DNA from: Oligoflexus sp.
GTDB taxonomy: Bacteria; Bdellovibrionota_B; Oligoflexia; Oligoflexales; Oligoflexaceae
Direction: 5' to 3'
NCBI GenBank assembly: GCA_041736305.1
Contig: JBGSTX010000202.1
Location: 1 to 16,131, forward strand
Length of the DNA stretch: 16,131 nt
Shown here: positions 15,862 through 16,131 of the stretch, piece after piece
Layout: every line of letters starts with the position of its first letter
Numbering within the stretch: the stretch's first letter is position 1
The notes under the pieces: generated by a model
Database searches by the model: none
What the model saw: the letters and a program-made list of their open reading frames with translations, nothing else
Told to the model about the DNA's origin: nothing
Position numbers and translations under genes: made by a program

Positions 15862-16131
15862 CGATTTTCTCCTCTGCATGGGGGAAGCTGATCTCGAAGC
15901 AGGTGTGACCGCTTTGATCGAGCAGGCTGATCGAAGCGCCATGCTCATCGAGGATTCCTTTGACAATAGCCAACCCTAGGCCCGTACTTTCACCAACGGG
16001 CTTGGTCGTAAAGAACGGCTGGAATAGCTTGTCGCGGTGCTCTAAGGGAATTCCGTTGCCCGAATCGTGTACGCGCAGGATTACAGCACTATCGGAACTA
16101 AAAACTTCGACCTTCAGCCAGCGATGCGCGT
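15851..16131 (-). CDS. Sensor histidine kinase, C-terminal HATPase_c fragment (5' part beyond the window)
   Basis: Not in the ORF track. Hand translation: AHRWLKVEV...VHDSGNGIP...LFQPFFTTKPVGESTGLGLAIVKGILDEHG...TCFEISFP...DAA*. G1, F and G2 boxes present. Overlaps the response regulator start by 11 nt. Confidence 0.93.
   Translation of the reverse strand, partial: AHRWLKVEVFSSDSAVILRVHDSGNGIPLEHRDKLFQPFFTTKPVGESTGLGLAIVKGILDEHGASISLLDQSGHTCFEISFPHAEEKIDAA

Noticed and set aside
15862-15966. N-terminal extension of the response regulator
   Set aside because: This stretch encodes the histidine kinase in another frame, and the SD supports ATG 15861.
1-16131. CRISPR arrays, tRNA/rRNA, IS elements, integrases, phage or defence genes
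   Set aside because: I saw no spaced repeats, RNA gene patterns or transposase/integrase motifs. Nearly all sequence is explained by intact CDSs.

Overview
Gene-dense bacterial chromosomal window of roughly balanced GC content. I saw no rRNA, tRNA, CRISPR array or mobile element. Left to right: (1) a minus-strand alpha-galactoside uptake operon with a LamB-type porin, two CUT1 sugar ABC permeases and a GH36 alpha-galactosidase that runs off the left edge and is missing from the ORF track; (2) an unknown lipoprotein divergent from a hemerythrin/HHE protein; (3) a tight three-gene operon of a type III polyketide synthase, a small membrane protein with a duplicated D-E..H...E-x-W-x-H motif, and a UbiG-like O-methyltransferase; (4) a CPA2 cation/H+ antiporter with two RCK_C domains; (5) a large-subunit KatE catalase; (6) a secreted GxSxG alpha/beta hydrolase; (7) an SRAP abasic-site protein; (8) a single-domain response regulator overlapping the 3' end of a histidine kinase at the right edge. 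The best candidate for an undescribed system is the PKS operon. I infer that it makes an O-methylated phenolic or quinone lipid, and that the membrane protein may be a new metal-dependent tailoring enzyme. Several ORF-track starts are over-extended and were corrected using ribosome-binding sites. All family assignments come from motif recognition by eye; no searches were run.
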